A stretch of 64,000 nt of DNA from the NCBI GenBank assembly GCA_001179505.1, contig CDMY01000406.1:21424-85423 (forward strand), written 5' to 3'. The position numbers and the translations under genes were made by a program. Each line of letters opens with the position of its first letter. The stretch's first letter is position 1. Source of the DNA: Vitrella brassicaformis CCMP3155 (lineage: Eukaryota; Protista; Chromerida). The notes beneath the pieces were generated by a model. That model searched no databases. It had not been told where the DNA came from and saw only the letters and a program-made list of their open reading frames with translations. Below are positions 49,039 to 61,440 of the stretch, piece after piece.

Positions 49039-50561
49039 TCATGGGCAGAGGTGTCCGGGTGCGGGGTAGAAGGCCGTGATGGGCACGAGTATGCCCGTGT
49101 TGACCTCCTCGAACAGCAGGTCCAGGAAGCCCGAGGGGATGCCCGTCGTCGAGCGGATGCGCGACTTGTCACCGAGAATCCCTGCACACAGACAGACACA
49201 CAGAGAGGGGAGGGGCGTGGTGACTGGATGGGAGCATGTGCATGTTCGTGTGGACAGACTGTATAGCTTCCGACTGACCTGTAATATTGCCCGCCAGGAA
49301 GGCCACAAATTCGCTCTTCTCGTTGACATGGGGGTCGAAAACGATCTCAGCCAACGGGAATATGGCACTCAACATGCTGTACCGACCTGCAGCCATGAGA
49401 GAGGATTACACACACACAGACGCACATTCTCTCTCACTGAGATGGGACGCATGCACCTGAGTAGGCGGTGACCATCTTGAGCTCTGCGCCTGCCTGCTGC
49501 AGGTCGTCAAACGTCTTCCAGCCTACACAGACACAAGACACACACACACACGCACACATGAGAATCATTGCAGCGACACACACGCAAGCGTCCCTCACTC
49601 TTGAGTCTTGACACGGACACAATGTACTGATTTATTGCGGCGTCGCAGCCCGAGTCGAAGGCCACAGTGCGGCCCATCATGCCCTCAGGCGACGTCCTCT
49701 CGCCTATCAGCCCGCCCTTGGCAAACCACGGCAATGTCAGGTCGACATTGCCGCTGTTCAACTCCTGCCAGCCATCAGTGAGACACCGACAGTCGCCGTG
49801 TCTCACTCCCCCACTCACTCACCGCGAGTGTCTCTGCCTCCGAGCTGTACTTGATGACTTCGATTCCCAGCGGCTCGCCGATGTAGTGCCGGCCAATGGT
49901 CGCTGCCTCGGCCCGGGCGATATCGATGGCCGTCCGAATTACCGGGGGCTCCGCCTCCTCTTGCGGCAACACAAAGGAAGCCAACTTCAATGACTGACAA
50001 CAAAGGGCAACAGAAAACGTAAAAGGCTGTCTGTCTGTCTGTCTTTGCGTCCTTCTGTGAGTGCATGTGTGTCACCTTGCGCTCGAGTGCTTTCTGCAGT
50101 CTGCTGCCGTTGACCACCGGCGGCCATGGGAACTGAGCGGTGTCCAAACCACAATCGATTGCCAACCTGACACAAACGATCACACAGACAAACAGAGGAG
50201 AGTGACAGTAAAAGCACAAAGGACAATGGCCCATCTTCCCTCACCGGTAGTTGGTCTCTCCCGCCCCGCCCTCCTCGACGGGCGCCGTCCACCTGGCCAT
50301 GAGACTCTGGTTGCCCTCGGCCGCCTTGAGCTCCGTCAGTGCACGATTCATGGCAAACATGACGCTGCGGTCGACCAGACACGCCGACCCGTTGCCGGCG
50401 GGGTAGTAGAGCGTCGTGTTGACCGACACCACCGGCAGGGACGGGAATGCCTCAGTGAGGCAGGAGGGCGGGAGGGAAAAGAGCAGCAGGATGGAGCAGA
50501 GCAAGAGGACCAAATGGATGGAGATGCCGACATCCTGCGATTTGACGCCGCTGCGCAGCAT
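49039..50561 (-). CDS. Secreted family-3 solute-binding-like protein, copy B (inverted duplicate of 652-2198)
   Basis: All exons present with the same introns and scattered substitutions (PKG/PEG, DVG/DSG, NQNL/NQSL); frame appears intact. Confidence 0.75.
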
Positions 50562-50648
50562 CAGTCGACTCGCCGGCTGGCGTCTCCTCAAGCCCGGGGG
50601 CCCCCGCCCCCAACTTGAACTTTGAATGATTCTCCCTTCCCTCCCCCG

Positions 50649-52096
50649 ATGACGAGTTTCAAGGACCTCATCGACCGGGCCAAGCCCTCTCTGGACAGCC
50701 CACCGCCCTCAAGTTGGCGCAGCTCGGCTCCCTGCTGCCACACGACGTGTGGCAAGGCGTCAACATCAGCCGCAACGAGGTGACTATTGGATCATGGGGG
50801 AACGGCGACACGACTCCCACTTGCTGTGATCTGTGCGTCCAGGTGGATTTCAGGAGGCCCGGCAACCACATCGTCAGTACCCTCACGGGCAGAGATGGGG
50901 AGACAGCTTCTGACAGGCACTAAGACGTCTGACCTTGTGTCGGCTGTGTGGTGTGTGTTGATCTTCTCAGCTGTACCGGTCGGGCTGGCAACCCCCAGCG
51001 TGCCACTTCAGCCACGGGTCGGCCGAGTGGACTGACCGTGAGTGCCTGTCGCTGGGGGGAGGCCTGTGGTACATGCATATTCCGAGGAATATTCAGCACC
51101 GGGTAAGCAGAGGCGTGGGAGGCAGCTAGGGGATTCAAAGCATAAGTATGACGATGCGTTCAACTAAGTCATGTCATGCAGGAGGTGGAGTTCGTTATGT
51201 GTGACGCTAGTCGAAGCCAATGGGATCACCCACCGTCACACACTGGAAGTCAGTGATTCACTGTGTGTGCACCTCAGTCCAGGGATGCAAGCAAGATATA
51301 TGATTCACTGTGACAAGCTTTGTCTTGCTGTGCTGCTCTGCTGTGTTCCTCAGTGCCCAACTACCCCGTTTGGACAGAGGGGGTCTATATGTTGAGTGAC
51401 GGAAGCCTGAAATCCCTGAGAAGTGACGTCGGTTGGGATTATGTCGGTAAGAAGCTGACGAGAGACAGACGGTTTTTCATCAAAAATCCAGCTTCTTATT
51501 GGTTCGTCAGACTTGCTGTTCATCCGCGACAAGGTGGCGCGAGAGGCAGCAGAGGCGCACGTTCTCTACTTCACCGGCTGGACCCCACCCCGCATCCACT
51601 TCCGACATACCAACAGTTGCTGGACAGAGCCTCCAGGCATCGTGTGCAATGCGTTTTCCGGCCGCGTGTGGCATGCGCAAATGCCATTCCATAGCGTAAG
51701 CTGCACATCGCACAGAGACCCACGAGTGGGCGAAATGTGCTTTCTCTTATGCCGAATGTGTATGTGTCTCCACTCCACTCAGGGTCTTGAGTTCGTCCTA
51801 AATGACGGGAGCGGCTCTTAGGATCACGCTCCAGGAGGTGAAGGAAGCACAGAGACAAAACAAGCTTTAGGGATGCCACACGGTCTGGATATCCTTCTCT
51901 GCTTGCCACTATGGTGTGTTTGCGTATGCCTGCAGGTGGCAACTACGTTCTCCGAGACGCTGGCCTGTACTTGCTGGTTGACGGAGAAATCCTGCGGCCG
52001 GAGTCTCTTCGTCATCGGCAGGACCTTCTCCGGTTTGTTGTCTCTGGTCTGAGGCCCGCGTTGAGAGAGGCCTCAGGTGCGACACAAATGCGATGA
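50649..52096 (+). pseudogene. Tandem CBM25/26-like repeat gene with an in-frame TAG and a probable 5' frameshift
   Basis: Repeat 1: HI|LYRSGWQPPACHFSHGSAEWTD..WYMHIP..EVEFVMCDASRSQWDHPP..NYPVWTEGVYML. Repeat 2: DLLFIRDK..HVLYFTGWTPPRIHF..WTEPPG..GLEFVLNDGSGS*DHAPG|GNYVLRDAGLY. The TAG at 51819-51821 sits at the conserved Trp. ATG 50649 is out of frame with the LAQLGSLL exon. Confidence 0.7.
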
Positions 52097-52349
52097 AGTG
52101 ATTGATTGATCATCTGTGTCTGTCTTGTTGTATGGTTGTTGTAGCTGGCCCCTTCGTGAGGCCAAGCGCAGCGGTCTCACCGACGGCCAGCGACACGTAA
52201 GTGAAGCCAAGACTGCTGCTGAAATACTGAGAGGGAATCGTGTCAGCCATGTGGTCTATCTGCTTGTTGATCTGGCTGGCTACAGGACCAGGGCGACCGA
52301 GACACCGACCCTGCCGCCCAGCTCTCCGCCACCCAGCTCGCCATCCCAC

Positions 52350-54233
52350 ATGTCGGCCAGGGCAACCGACACGTGAGTGGCAGAGAAAACTGACGAAAAT
52401 GCACCTGATAGACTCGACTGTTGCTTCTCAGTGTAACAAGACAGACGCCAAGTGCGACGATCGGACAACTTCTCGTGAAGATCAAGGAGTTGCGGAAGAC
52501 ACTAAGGGGGCTGTCCGACATCTCCCCGGAGGAGATATGGGCCCACGTTCGTTCCCTGGTCATGTCCCATCAGCTCATCCGCCTACAGCCGGTCAACTCA
52601 CCCGACCAGCCCACAGCAGCGAGAACTGCCGAAGCACAGCAAGCGACGTTCGACTGGGCCGCCCAATGGCATCAGGTTGAAAATACGAAGGAAAACACAC
52701 TATGTCACTTGTCGTACGTCTTGTGATGTTGCAGGCTGACGATACAAGAGACCTCCAGCGACCGGGGGTGCACCTCTACTACACACTCAAGTCAAGCAAG
52801 AGCAGCAACAGCAGCAGCAGCACCAACACCAGCAGCAGCGCCAACAGCAGCAACCGGAGCCTGAGGATGCCGAAGTGCGAGTACATTGTGGGCTGCGTGG
52901 AAAGTGAGTCAGGGGAGCCGCTGTACCATCGTCTGGACAGCAAGATGTGCGGGCAGCTCACCAATGAGCTGTGGTACGTCCACATCGACCGGAAGGTGAG
53001 AGAAGATGGGGAGGGAACGGATGTTGGGACGGCTGGCTGAGTGTTTGATTCTCTGTCAGTCGATGTATTTCATCATGGGCATCACCGAGGGGGGCAGGGA
53101 GAAAGAGTGGGACGCGCCGCCCTTCCACACCGTGACCGACACAGACAGTCGAGACCGCCATCCCTTTGCACGGGTGTGTAGTCTGGAAAGCTACTATTCC
53201 ATCAAGCATGAGGGGATCTATTTGCTGCATGAAGGCGTCGTCCACACGCTCTGGCCGGAGGAAACCATCATTCGTGAGGCGTGTCTCGGTGAGAAATGAC
53301 CACAAAAGAAGACTGTCGGTCCCAAACGTCTTCAAGTTGGTCCCCTTCAGACATTCTGTCGCTGCTCGACAAGGAGGCCATGACAGCGAACAGTGCCCAC
53401 ATTCTTTACACGACCAGCTGGAGGCATCCTCGCTGCCACTACCGACGAGCAGACTTCATTTCGAACATTGTGAGGGAGGTGAGGTGGACCGGTTCGCCCG
53501 GTGTCAGGTGTGAGGGCGTCCCAGAGGGCGAAGGAGACCTCTTTCACATCTCGATGGCCTGGCACGAGGTGAGGAGACGCGGGACACACACTCTGCTGTC
53601 ATCTTTGTGTCGCTCATCGTGTCGTCTGTCTTGTCAGAATCTGCGCATTCTGTTCAACGATGGCAATGAGGAGAAGACCGTCTGGGATCATCCTCGAGGC
53701 GAGGCTCTGCCCACAGCAATTGGGGCCAGTAATGGTTCGATTGGGCTGTGTCTCCCTCTTCAGATGGCAGCGGCGCCTATGTGATTCCCTCGCCGGGCCT
53801 TTACGTCATATCGCAGAGCTGCATGTACTCGGCCTCCACCTTCAACGCGGCTGACGATGGCCTCCTTCTCCACATATACCAGCTGCTGGAGGCAAAGACA
53901 GCCGACATGGCCAGTAAGCAACAAGACACGAACAGCCCGAAGAAGTCAGATGAGTCTTTGTGTATGTGTGTGTGTGTCTTGTGTGTCTCAGCTGCCGACG
54001 AGCATCGTGAGACGCAAGGGGAGCTCCGTGCCTTGGCCTCGAGGCTGAGCACAGTGAGAAGCCAGGAAAGTCGTCCTTCAGCGGCCGGAGGGGAGGCATT
54101 CCAGAGGCGACTAACATCCATCGTGGGACTTACAAGACCAAGACATAGGGCATTTTTGTGGCGTGGTAGTACGTGCGCCTGTAGGATAGGACATGGATGC
54201 GATGAGTTGCAGTCGGGTTTGTGCCGTGAGTGA
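52350..54233 (+). CDS. Tandem CBM25/26-like repeat protein (diverged paralog, apparently intact)
   Basis: HLYYTL..WYVHID..YFIMGITEGGREKEWDAPP..YYSIKHEGIYLL, then DILSLLDKEAMTANSAHILYTTSWRHPRCHY..WTGSPGV..ILFNDGNEEKTVWDHPRG..GAYVIPSPGLY; collinear with the gene at 50.6-52.1 kb. Start and end approximate. Confidence 0.6.
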
Positions 54234-54945
54234 GGGTTCTGTTTGCTATTTTTGCGTTGATGGAGATGTGACACTCACTCACTCACTCACGATAGATGGG
54301 ATGGATAACCTATGTATGTATCCTTCGAGAGGCACACCGCCAGCCAACGGCTCGGCGACTTCTTTGCGTGTGTGTGTGTGTGTTGGATGAAGGCTGGCCA
54401 GCCAAGCTTTCACTGCATGTGTTTCTGTGGCTGTCCATCGACTCATGAATGCAGCCCGGCACAGAGACAAATGAATGGACGAGCGAGCTGCTGTTGGTCC
54501 GCCGGGCACACCGTCGGCTTCGCCATGAGCGTGACAGGCAGACACACACCATCCATCCATCCATGAAGCGGCCCAGCAAGGCAGCAGGCAGACGCCACGC
54601 ACACACCGATGCCCTCCCTCCCTCCCTCCCTCCCTCCCTCAATCGCTCAATCCCTGTCTGTATGCGCACAGACAGACAGACAGACTTTAGACAGGCAGAC
54701 AGAAATTGCACACCGACCGCCTTGAAGGTAAAGGTTCAATCACCCATCGCATCTGTACACAGTCCGCCACCCTGTCCACCTGCAGCACAGATTCAGTCCT
54801 GACACACAAGGCATGACACACACGTGGGAGTCGTCCATCAGGCAAGTGTGTGGTGGCGGGAGGGGGAGAGGGTGAGGTGTGTGGGCGGTGTGGTGACCTG
54901 CAGGGGCGGGGCCACCACCACCACCAGCAGCTGCAGGGGGGAGAG

Positions 54946-56380
54946 CTAGGCCAGCTGGTCGCCGAATACCAACACGGCGTCGGCCCCCATGACCTACCGC
55001 GCCACCCTCACTGTCAGTGGGAACCTGGCGGCACCCTCCCTGCCGGCCACCGGTCGCTCCGTCGTGTGCAGGTAGGCGCCGGCATAGTTGAAGTCGCTAT
55101 AGATGTAGAAGTGTGCCTCGAAGGTGTGGTGGGGCTGGTCGCCGTGCAGCACTATCACTTGGTAGAAGAGTCCTCCTGCCGCCGGACAGTGGTTGGTGCT
55201 GATAGTGCGGCATCCCCAGATGGGCGGCTGCTGAGTGGCGAGCTGCCGCTGAAGAGAAAGGCAGATTTGACAATGAGCGAGTGGGGAAGCTGGTGAGAAA
55301 ATCGTGTGTGTATAACTGACCAGTCGGTAGAACCGTGTGGCATTGACGTGCCGGTTGCCATGCAACCTCCGACCACGCTGGTGTGCAACCTCCGACCCTC
55401 CCCAATGCATCCTGATCAGACGCATCACGGCAGAGCGGTGCAGCAAATGTGTTCGTGTGTTCGTGTGTGTCATTCTGCTCATGTTTCTCACTCGTCCAAC
55501 ACAGCGTCGCGGACTGAAGCGTAGTCATCACCTGCACACACAGCCCAATGGTCCCCCTCCTATAGCTCTGCCCCCTCTCCCTCACCATGATACTCACACA
55601 CAGGGTTACCATCGTCGAATCTGTAATTGCGGAAGGGATGGTTGGCCGGCAGCGTCTGCGGTGTGTGGATGGTCAGCCGACGCCCACCCAGCCGCTCCTC
55701 GCCATTGTTGACGCGCTCGAGCGTCATGCCGATGTGGCGGCCGATCAGTGAGAGCTGCCGCAGCGCCTCACACCGGCTGTCGTATACCGCCCGGCTGCCC
55801 ACCCCCTCCACATCAGCACTGGTCAGCTCTATCGGCAGCTGCCCGCCTCCCCGCCCCTGGTGCTTCGCCACTCTCACGATGGGCACCATTGAGGCCCACT
55901 CGCCGCTCGTGTCGATGAAGTACGCCAGCCGCAGCAGCAGGTCGATGGATGTCAGGTCAGGGGAGAGGGTGATGATGCCTTCGATTCCCTTGGCGGCCAG
56001 CTGGGAGTCTATTTTTTCCTTGACGCGCTGCAGGAGAGTGCTCTCGATGGTCTCCTTGCTATGGTGCAGCAGCTGCTGCTGCTGGGTGAGGGGGCCGCTG
56101 GCGATCTGTGCGATGAGTGCGCGTCTGATGGTATCCGAGCGGGCGGCCTTGCTGATGAGCAGGGGTAGCAGTTCTTGAGGGCTGGTGGGGCGGCCGTGGC
56201 CCGACGATGACATTGCCTGAGGGATAATATATGAAACAACAAGAGACCACCGTCGTGGCATATGATCTGTGTGTGTGTGTGCAGTCTGAAGACTTCACTC
56301 ACAGGCGGCTGCGGCAAGCCGGTTCCATGATCATCATCAGCAGCTGCTGCAGCGGATGAAGATGACGCTGCAGCCGCCAT
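54946..56380 (-). CDS. Lineage-specific family paralog 3 (no clear F-box)
   Basis: MAAAASSSSAAAAADDDHGTGLPQP leader; IDLLLRLAYFIDTSGEW, LPIELTSADVEGVGSRAVYDSRCEALRQLSLIGRHI, QPPIWGCRTI, HGDQPHHTFEAH, LHTTER. Confidence 0.7.
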
Positions 56381-57030
56381 GGCTATAGGTCGACAACGAA
56401 CGCCTGAAGCATGCAAGAAGATCAGCAAGACGATGAGAGAAATGCACGTCCATCCATTCAATGGCATTCATCCTTCTCATCTCTCGATGCTCACCAAATT
56501 ATCGGGGAGTACAGCACCTCTCAGCGCGGCTTCTCATCGCAGAGCACTCACAGTGAAAGCAGTGAGGCCACGTGCTGTCCACACCTCGTTTCTTCCTCGC
56601 TCACGAGCTCGCATCCGCGGCAGAAGAAACGGGTCTGCGCAGGGAGGAGATTGGGAGGAGGGGCATGCGCAGAGATCTATGCATTCCCCTGGCATCCATT
56701 CATCCATCCATCCATCAGGTGTGCGGCTACACTTGTGTTGAGCGCCCCCCTCGTTCGTTGCCAGCGTTCACACACATGTTCCCCTCCCTGACGCCTGTGC
56801 ACAGATGTGTGTGTGTGTGTGTGCTGTCAGATCTTATGGGCAATCTGAGGTGGAGCTGAGGTGTCGGCAGCAGCATCGACACACAGCTGCATGGAGGCTG
56901 CCGAAATCGCCCACACGCACCTGATCACCTGAGCAGTGAGTGCCAAACTGAAAGCACTAACGCACGGGTGGGTGCCCGTATCGTCTTTCTCTCTCTCTCA
57001 TCGGTGCAGGTGGCTGATAGTGTCCTGGCA

Positions 57031-60000
57031 ATGGACACAAGTAGCGATGGCGGCCCCGCTGCCTCCAGAGGTCATAGCACACTCATGCACACAGCCACAC
57101 GATGCATCGATAGACGTGACCCGTGTGGTTCATTCAGGGAAGGAGGGCGGCGGAGTGAATGGCGATAAGGATAGCTTGCGGGATGTCATCGATCAGATAC
57201 ACTCGGTGAGAAAAAGATGAGAGGGACGGGCGAGCTGCCAGCAGATGTATGCTGTGGATGGAGCAATTGCTTGTTTTGCTCTGTGCAGGTCACCTCACGG
57301 ATGGCCGCCAAAACTGAGGCGGCGGATCTGCAGATATCAGATGCCGACAGCAACACAGAGGTTCGCGCTGGAACAAGCCACACGTGCAGCCATTCCATCC
57401 CCACATCTCATACCCTACCCGCCTCTGATTGTTCTTGGTGTTTTTGTCTTTGCCGACAGGCCTGTGTATCGTTGGCTGCCCGTTTGTCCGGTCTGCTGGA
57501 GACCCTAACAGATGCCGACTCGACGCTCAGCAATGAGCTGGCGCAGATCCCCCCTAACACCCAAAACAAAGAGGTGGGGACGGACTGACGAACAGAAGGC
57601 GCACCCAGTCAACATCTCTCCGTGTGTCTGTGCGTGTGTCCATCATCAGCGCAAGGATGGTGACGGCAGGTTGGTTCGGTGGCTGTACAACATCCACGAT
57701 GAGGCCAGCAAGGCAGTGTACCTCAGCAAAGCGGTATACACACACATGAATGCAATTCAAGTACTGATGGACCGCCTCACGTGGTCATTCAGGTGTCTGC
57801 TGGTGACGGGAAGGGCTCACAAGTGGGAGCCAGCCCGGCTGCCGCTGCCGCCGCGAGTAGTGGAGGTGCGCATGACACATCCCCCCACCCAATGTCTGCA
57901 AACATCTTAAGGGTGGCTGTGATGGATGGTCGTGGTCGTGTGTGTCTTCAGGTGCTTCGGTTGGCGTATTCGGTGCTACAGCAGCAGCAGCGACACACCA
58001 GCACACGGGAAGCTCACAGGTGACACATGCACATCAACACAGGACGCGACCATCCCCACTGACGACATGCCTTATCCTCCCGTGTCTGTGTGTGTCAGGA
58101 TCACGGCCGTCCGTGTCTGCCGGGTTTGCCAGCAGCCGTCATGGGCACCATGGGTTCCTTTTTGACCACCATCGACAACATCACTCGCCTGACGCGCGTC
58201 AACAAGGAAACCCATCAGAAGGCCACAGACAGCACATACGGCGTCTTCCGACACTTCGCCGTGACGAAGGACGAGGAGGGCAAATACAACAACATTCCCA
58301 AGCTGCGGGGCGTGAAGCACCTGGTGAGATGGGGGTGCAGTGTCATTGGCAAAGCTGTGGCACGTGACATTTGTTGGTTCGGTGTCTGCGTGTCTGCGTG
58401 TGTGTGTGTGCAGGGCAAGATCCGGACGGCCCATGTGGAGGCTTCGCGTGTGGTGCCGTGTGTGGCCGAGCTGCTGGAGAGTTCCTCAGCGGGGCTCGAG
58501 CAGCTGCATGTGGCAGATGGCGAGAAGGTGCGATGGCAGGACGACACAGCACCGCGCCCCCCCGGCGATCCCGTCCCCTTTCCCAGCCTCACACAACTAG
58601 ATATCCAGTCACAAAAATGGCTCAAACACATCAGGTATCAACACAGGAGAGAGAGAGAGAGAGAGTGCATCCATCACATTGTTGGCTTCCTTTGCTCATC
58701 TGCAGCCAGCGTCGATGGGCCCTCCCAGCCCTCACGAGCCTCAAGGTGGACAGTCCCTCCCGGTTCGACGGATCATCGGGGTCCTTCACGCGCCTCGTCG
58801 AGAGGTCGCCCAAGATCGAGCGGCTGGAGGCCGGGTTCATTCATTTTGGCGACGACGATTGGCCCAACTTCCTCGTCGCCCTCGGCGGCTGCCCCCACCT
58901 CACTCACATCACCGGCCTAGGGATTCCCGGCAACCAGCTGGACCGCATCAAGGAGCTCAAAGAGGCCCTCAACAAGCACTGGGCCAAACAGGAGCGCAAA
59001 GGTGACTCGAGTATGAGCTAGATACGGGCAGCAAACCATGATTTGACTATCCTCTGCTGTTCTCGTATGTGCAGGTGTGCGCAAGAAGCTGGGGTTCGTC
59101 GTGTCTAGCACGATGATCCACGCGGACTGCCGGCAGGGGGCGGCCGACTTGCAGGGTATCAGTGAGTGGGCAGCCGAGGTGAGCTGTGAGCTGGAGTGGC
59201 GGCCGTTCGGCGACTCGCTGACGGTGGACTGCAGCAGTGACACTGAAGAAGCCTCGTGTGCGCCAGACGGCCTGTATGGAGAGATCGCAAAACAGCTGGC
59301 GTCAAAGGCGACTGAGGTCAGGAAAGGAGAGACAGGGGAGGTCCAGTGGATCTCTACGTGACCTTGTGTACGTGTGTGTCAGGTTCGGCTCGCGCTCGGC
59401 GGCACCACACTGCACGAGTCATGGCGTGACAAGCTCATCTTCCCCAGGGCAAGTTCTCTCGGCATCGAGATCAAGGAGAGCTCGAGCGGCTCGTCCGTGG
59501 TCGACAGCATCCCCGAGTGGCTGACTGAGAGGGAGGGAGAGGGGGAGGGGGCGACAAGCCGACACTTCCCGGCTGTCGAGCAGTTAGTTGTGAGTTTTGG
59601 GGAGCTCTCCTTCTCTGACCTGCCCTCTGCACCTTCTAAGCTCAGCCGTCTTGTCGGGGGGCTGGCGGGGCTCGAGAGAGTCTTTTTTAGCGATTTGTCT
59701 AGCGCCTCTGTGGCCTGTGAGCTGCTATCATACCTCTCTGTGCCACGCCTTAGTGAGGTCGAGATTGCCGAGCCTCTGTCGCATGAGTGGCCAGCCAGCG
59801 TGCCAGCGGAATGGAGCTTTCGCTCACCTCCCATAGAGCGCCTGGTGACCGCCCCTCTCGAGGTCGACCCAGATCAGTGGTCTAGCAAGGAGGGTGTGCA
59901 TTTGTTTCTGCAGTTGGTGTCGACTCTGCGCCCATCGCGTGTCGACCTCACTGCAATACTGCATGATGATGAGTTGGAGGGAGAGGGGGAGGGGGAGCAA

Positions 60001-60153
60001 GGTGACGATGCATCTAGGCTGCTCCAGGCCGCCCGTGCATTCGCGTGGGAGTGCAACGACCGTGTTCAGGCGCTCTACACGATGACGGGCGGCTCATGTG
60101 AGCAAGTCGATGTGGAACAGTACCGTCTCACCATGCAGCTAGCTGCCAAGTGA
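57031..60153 (+). CDS. Lineage-specific F-box-like / LRR-like protein
   Basis: LPAAVMGTMGSFLTTIDNITRLTRVNKE (F-box-like); LRR-like segments LEQLHV, FPSLTQLDI, LPALTSLKV, KIERLE, CPHLTHITGL, FPAVEQL, LERVFF, LSEVEI; ends MQLAAK*. Confidence 0.55.
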
Positions 60154-61440
60154 GTGACTCAGTGGCCGTACCAACTACTCTTGTACAGTCTGTCTGTGTG
60201 CATAGAAGGATAGGTGGATGGATGGATGGATGGTGTGCCGGCGCCGACACTCCGGTGACTGCCGTTTTGCTCATGACCAAGCCGATTGTGTGTCTGCCTG
60301 ACTCGTTCTTCCACGCTGCCCCTTCTTCTCTCGGCCTTTGCTCGGCCGACCACCGGCAACACAGCCACCAGGTCGGCCGAGGGGGGCTTGGAAAGGGCGG
60401 ACAGCAGAGACACAGTCTGGCCGGTGGGTGTACACATGCATGCGTGGCGAGACGGGCAGACGTGCGCGTGAATGAGATGAGAGGAATTGCGTGCTGCCTG
60501 GCCTGTGGTGGGTGAAGACATGCACCATGCAATGAGGCAATGAGTGGGTGGTGCATGGGCAGGGGGCGTTTCTCTGGTGGTCTGGTCATCAAGCACAAGT
60601 AGTTGAATGAGAGCCATCAATCAATTGTTCACACACACATGTAGAGGAGTCAGGCAGCTAGCTGTCCCCTCACACCACACACACCTCCCCCTCCCTCCAT
60701 CCCCACTCCGCGGATGCTTCTGCTTGTGGTCCACAAACAGATCACTTCAGCAGCGCAATCTGTGAAATGAATCTAGGTACGTGTGCGGACGAAGAACACG
60801 CCTCTGTGTATGTGTGTGTGTGTGTGTGTGTATGTGTGTGTGTGTGTATGTGTGTGTGTGTGTAGAGGGGCCCATGCCGATGTGGCGTCTCTGCTGCTAC
60901 AGCAAGCCTCTCGTCCTGGCGGCCACTAACCGATGCCATGTCTGTGTGTATTTCTCTGTCTGTCTGTCTGTCTGTCTGTCAGAGTCGCGGGGCATCAAGA
61001 GGAAGGTGTTGGTGAAGAGACCCCAATGCTGCTGTGTACCATATTAGGCACAACACACGGGTGGTGCTGGATGTATGGATGGGGAACGCCGGCTGTCGGT
61101 GTGACGCCTACAGCTGCGGCCCCGTGTGCATGTGTGTCGAGATGTGTGTGGGGGCATGTGAGGCCCTTCCTATTACTTCGGCGTCTGACAATATGTCAAC
61201 AGACGAATGGGACATATGTGTCTGTATAGAGAGAGAGAGAGAGAGTCCCCAATGCATTGCCACACACCCATCTACAACACCCACACACACAGGCAGTCTG
61301 TCAGTCCACTCAAACACGCCACTGCTCCGCCCCATCACGCACACACACCGGCTGTCAGTCAGTCTCTCAAACACACCTGCGGCAATGGCCAGACAGACAG
61401 GGAGGCTCTCTGGACACTCGAGAGTTGAGAGATTAGCCAA

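Noticed and set aside
52795-52860. (CAG/AGC)n run as a polyQ tract
   Set aside because: In the frame continuous with HLYYTL and RMPKC it encodes a Ser/Asn-rich insertion, an ordinary microsatellite.
60160-61440. Exon-like fragments between the LRR-like gene and paralog 4
   Set aside because: Acceptor-like sites are present, but the frames stop quickly and I could not build a coherent protein.
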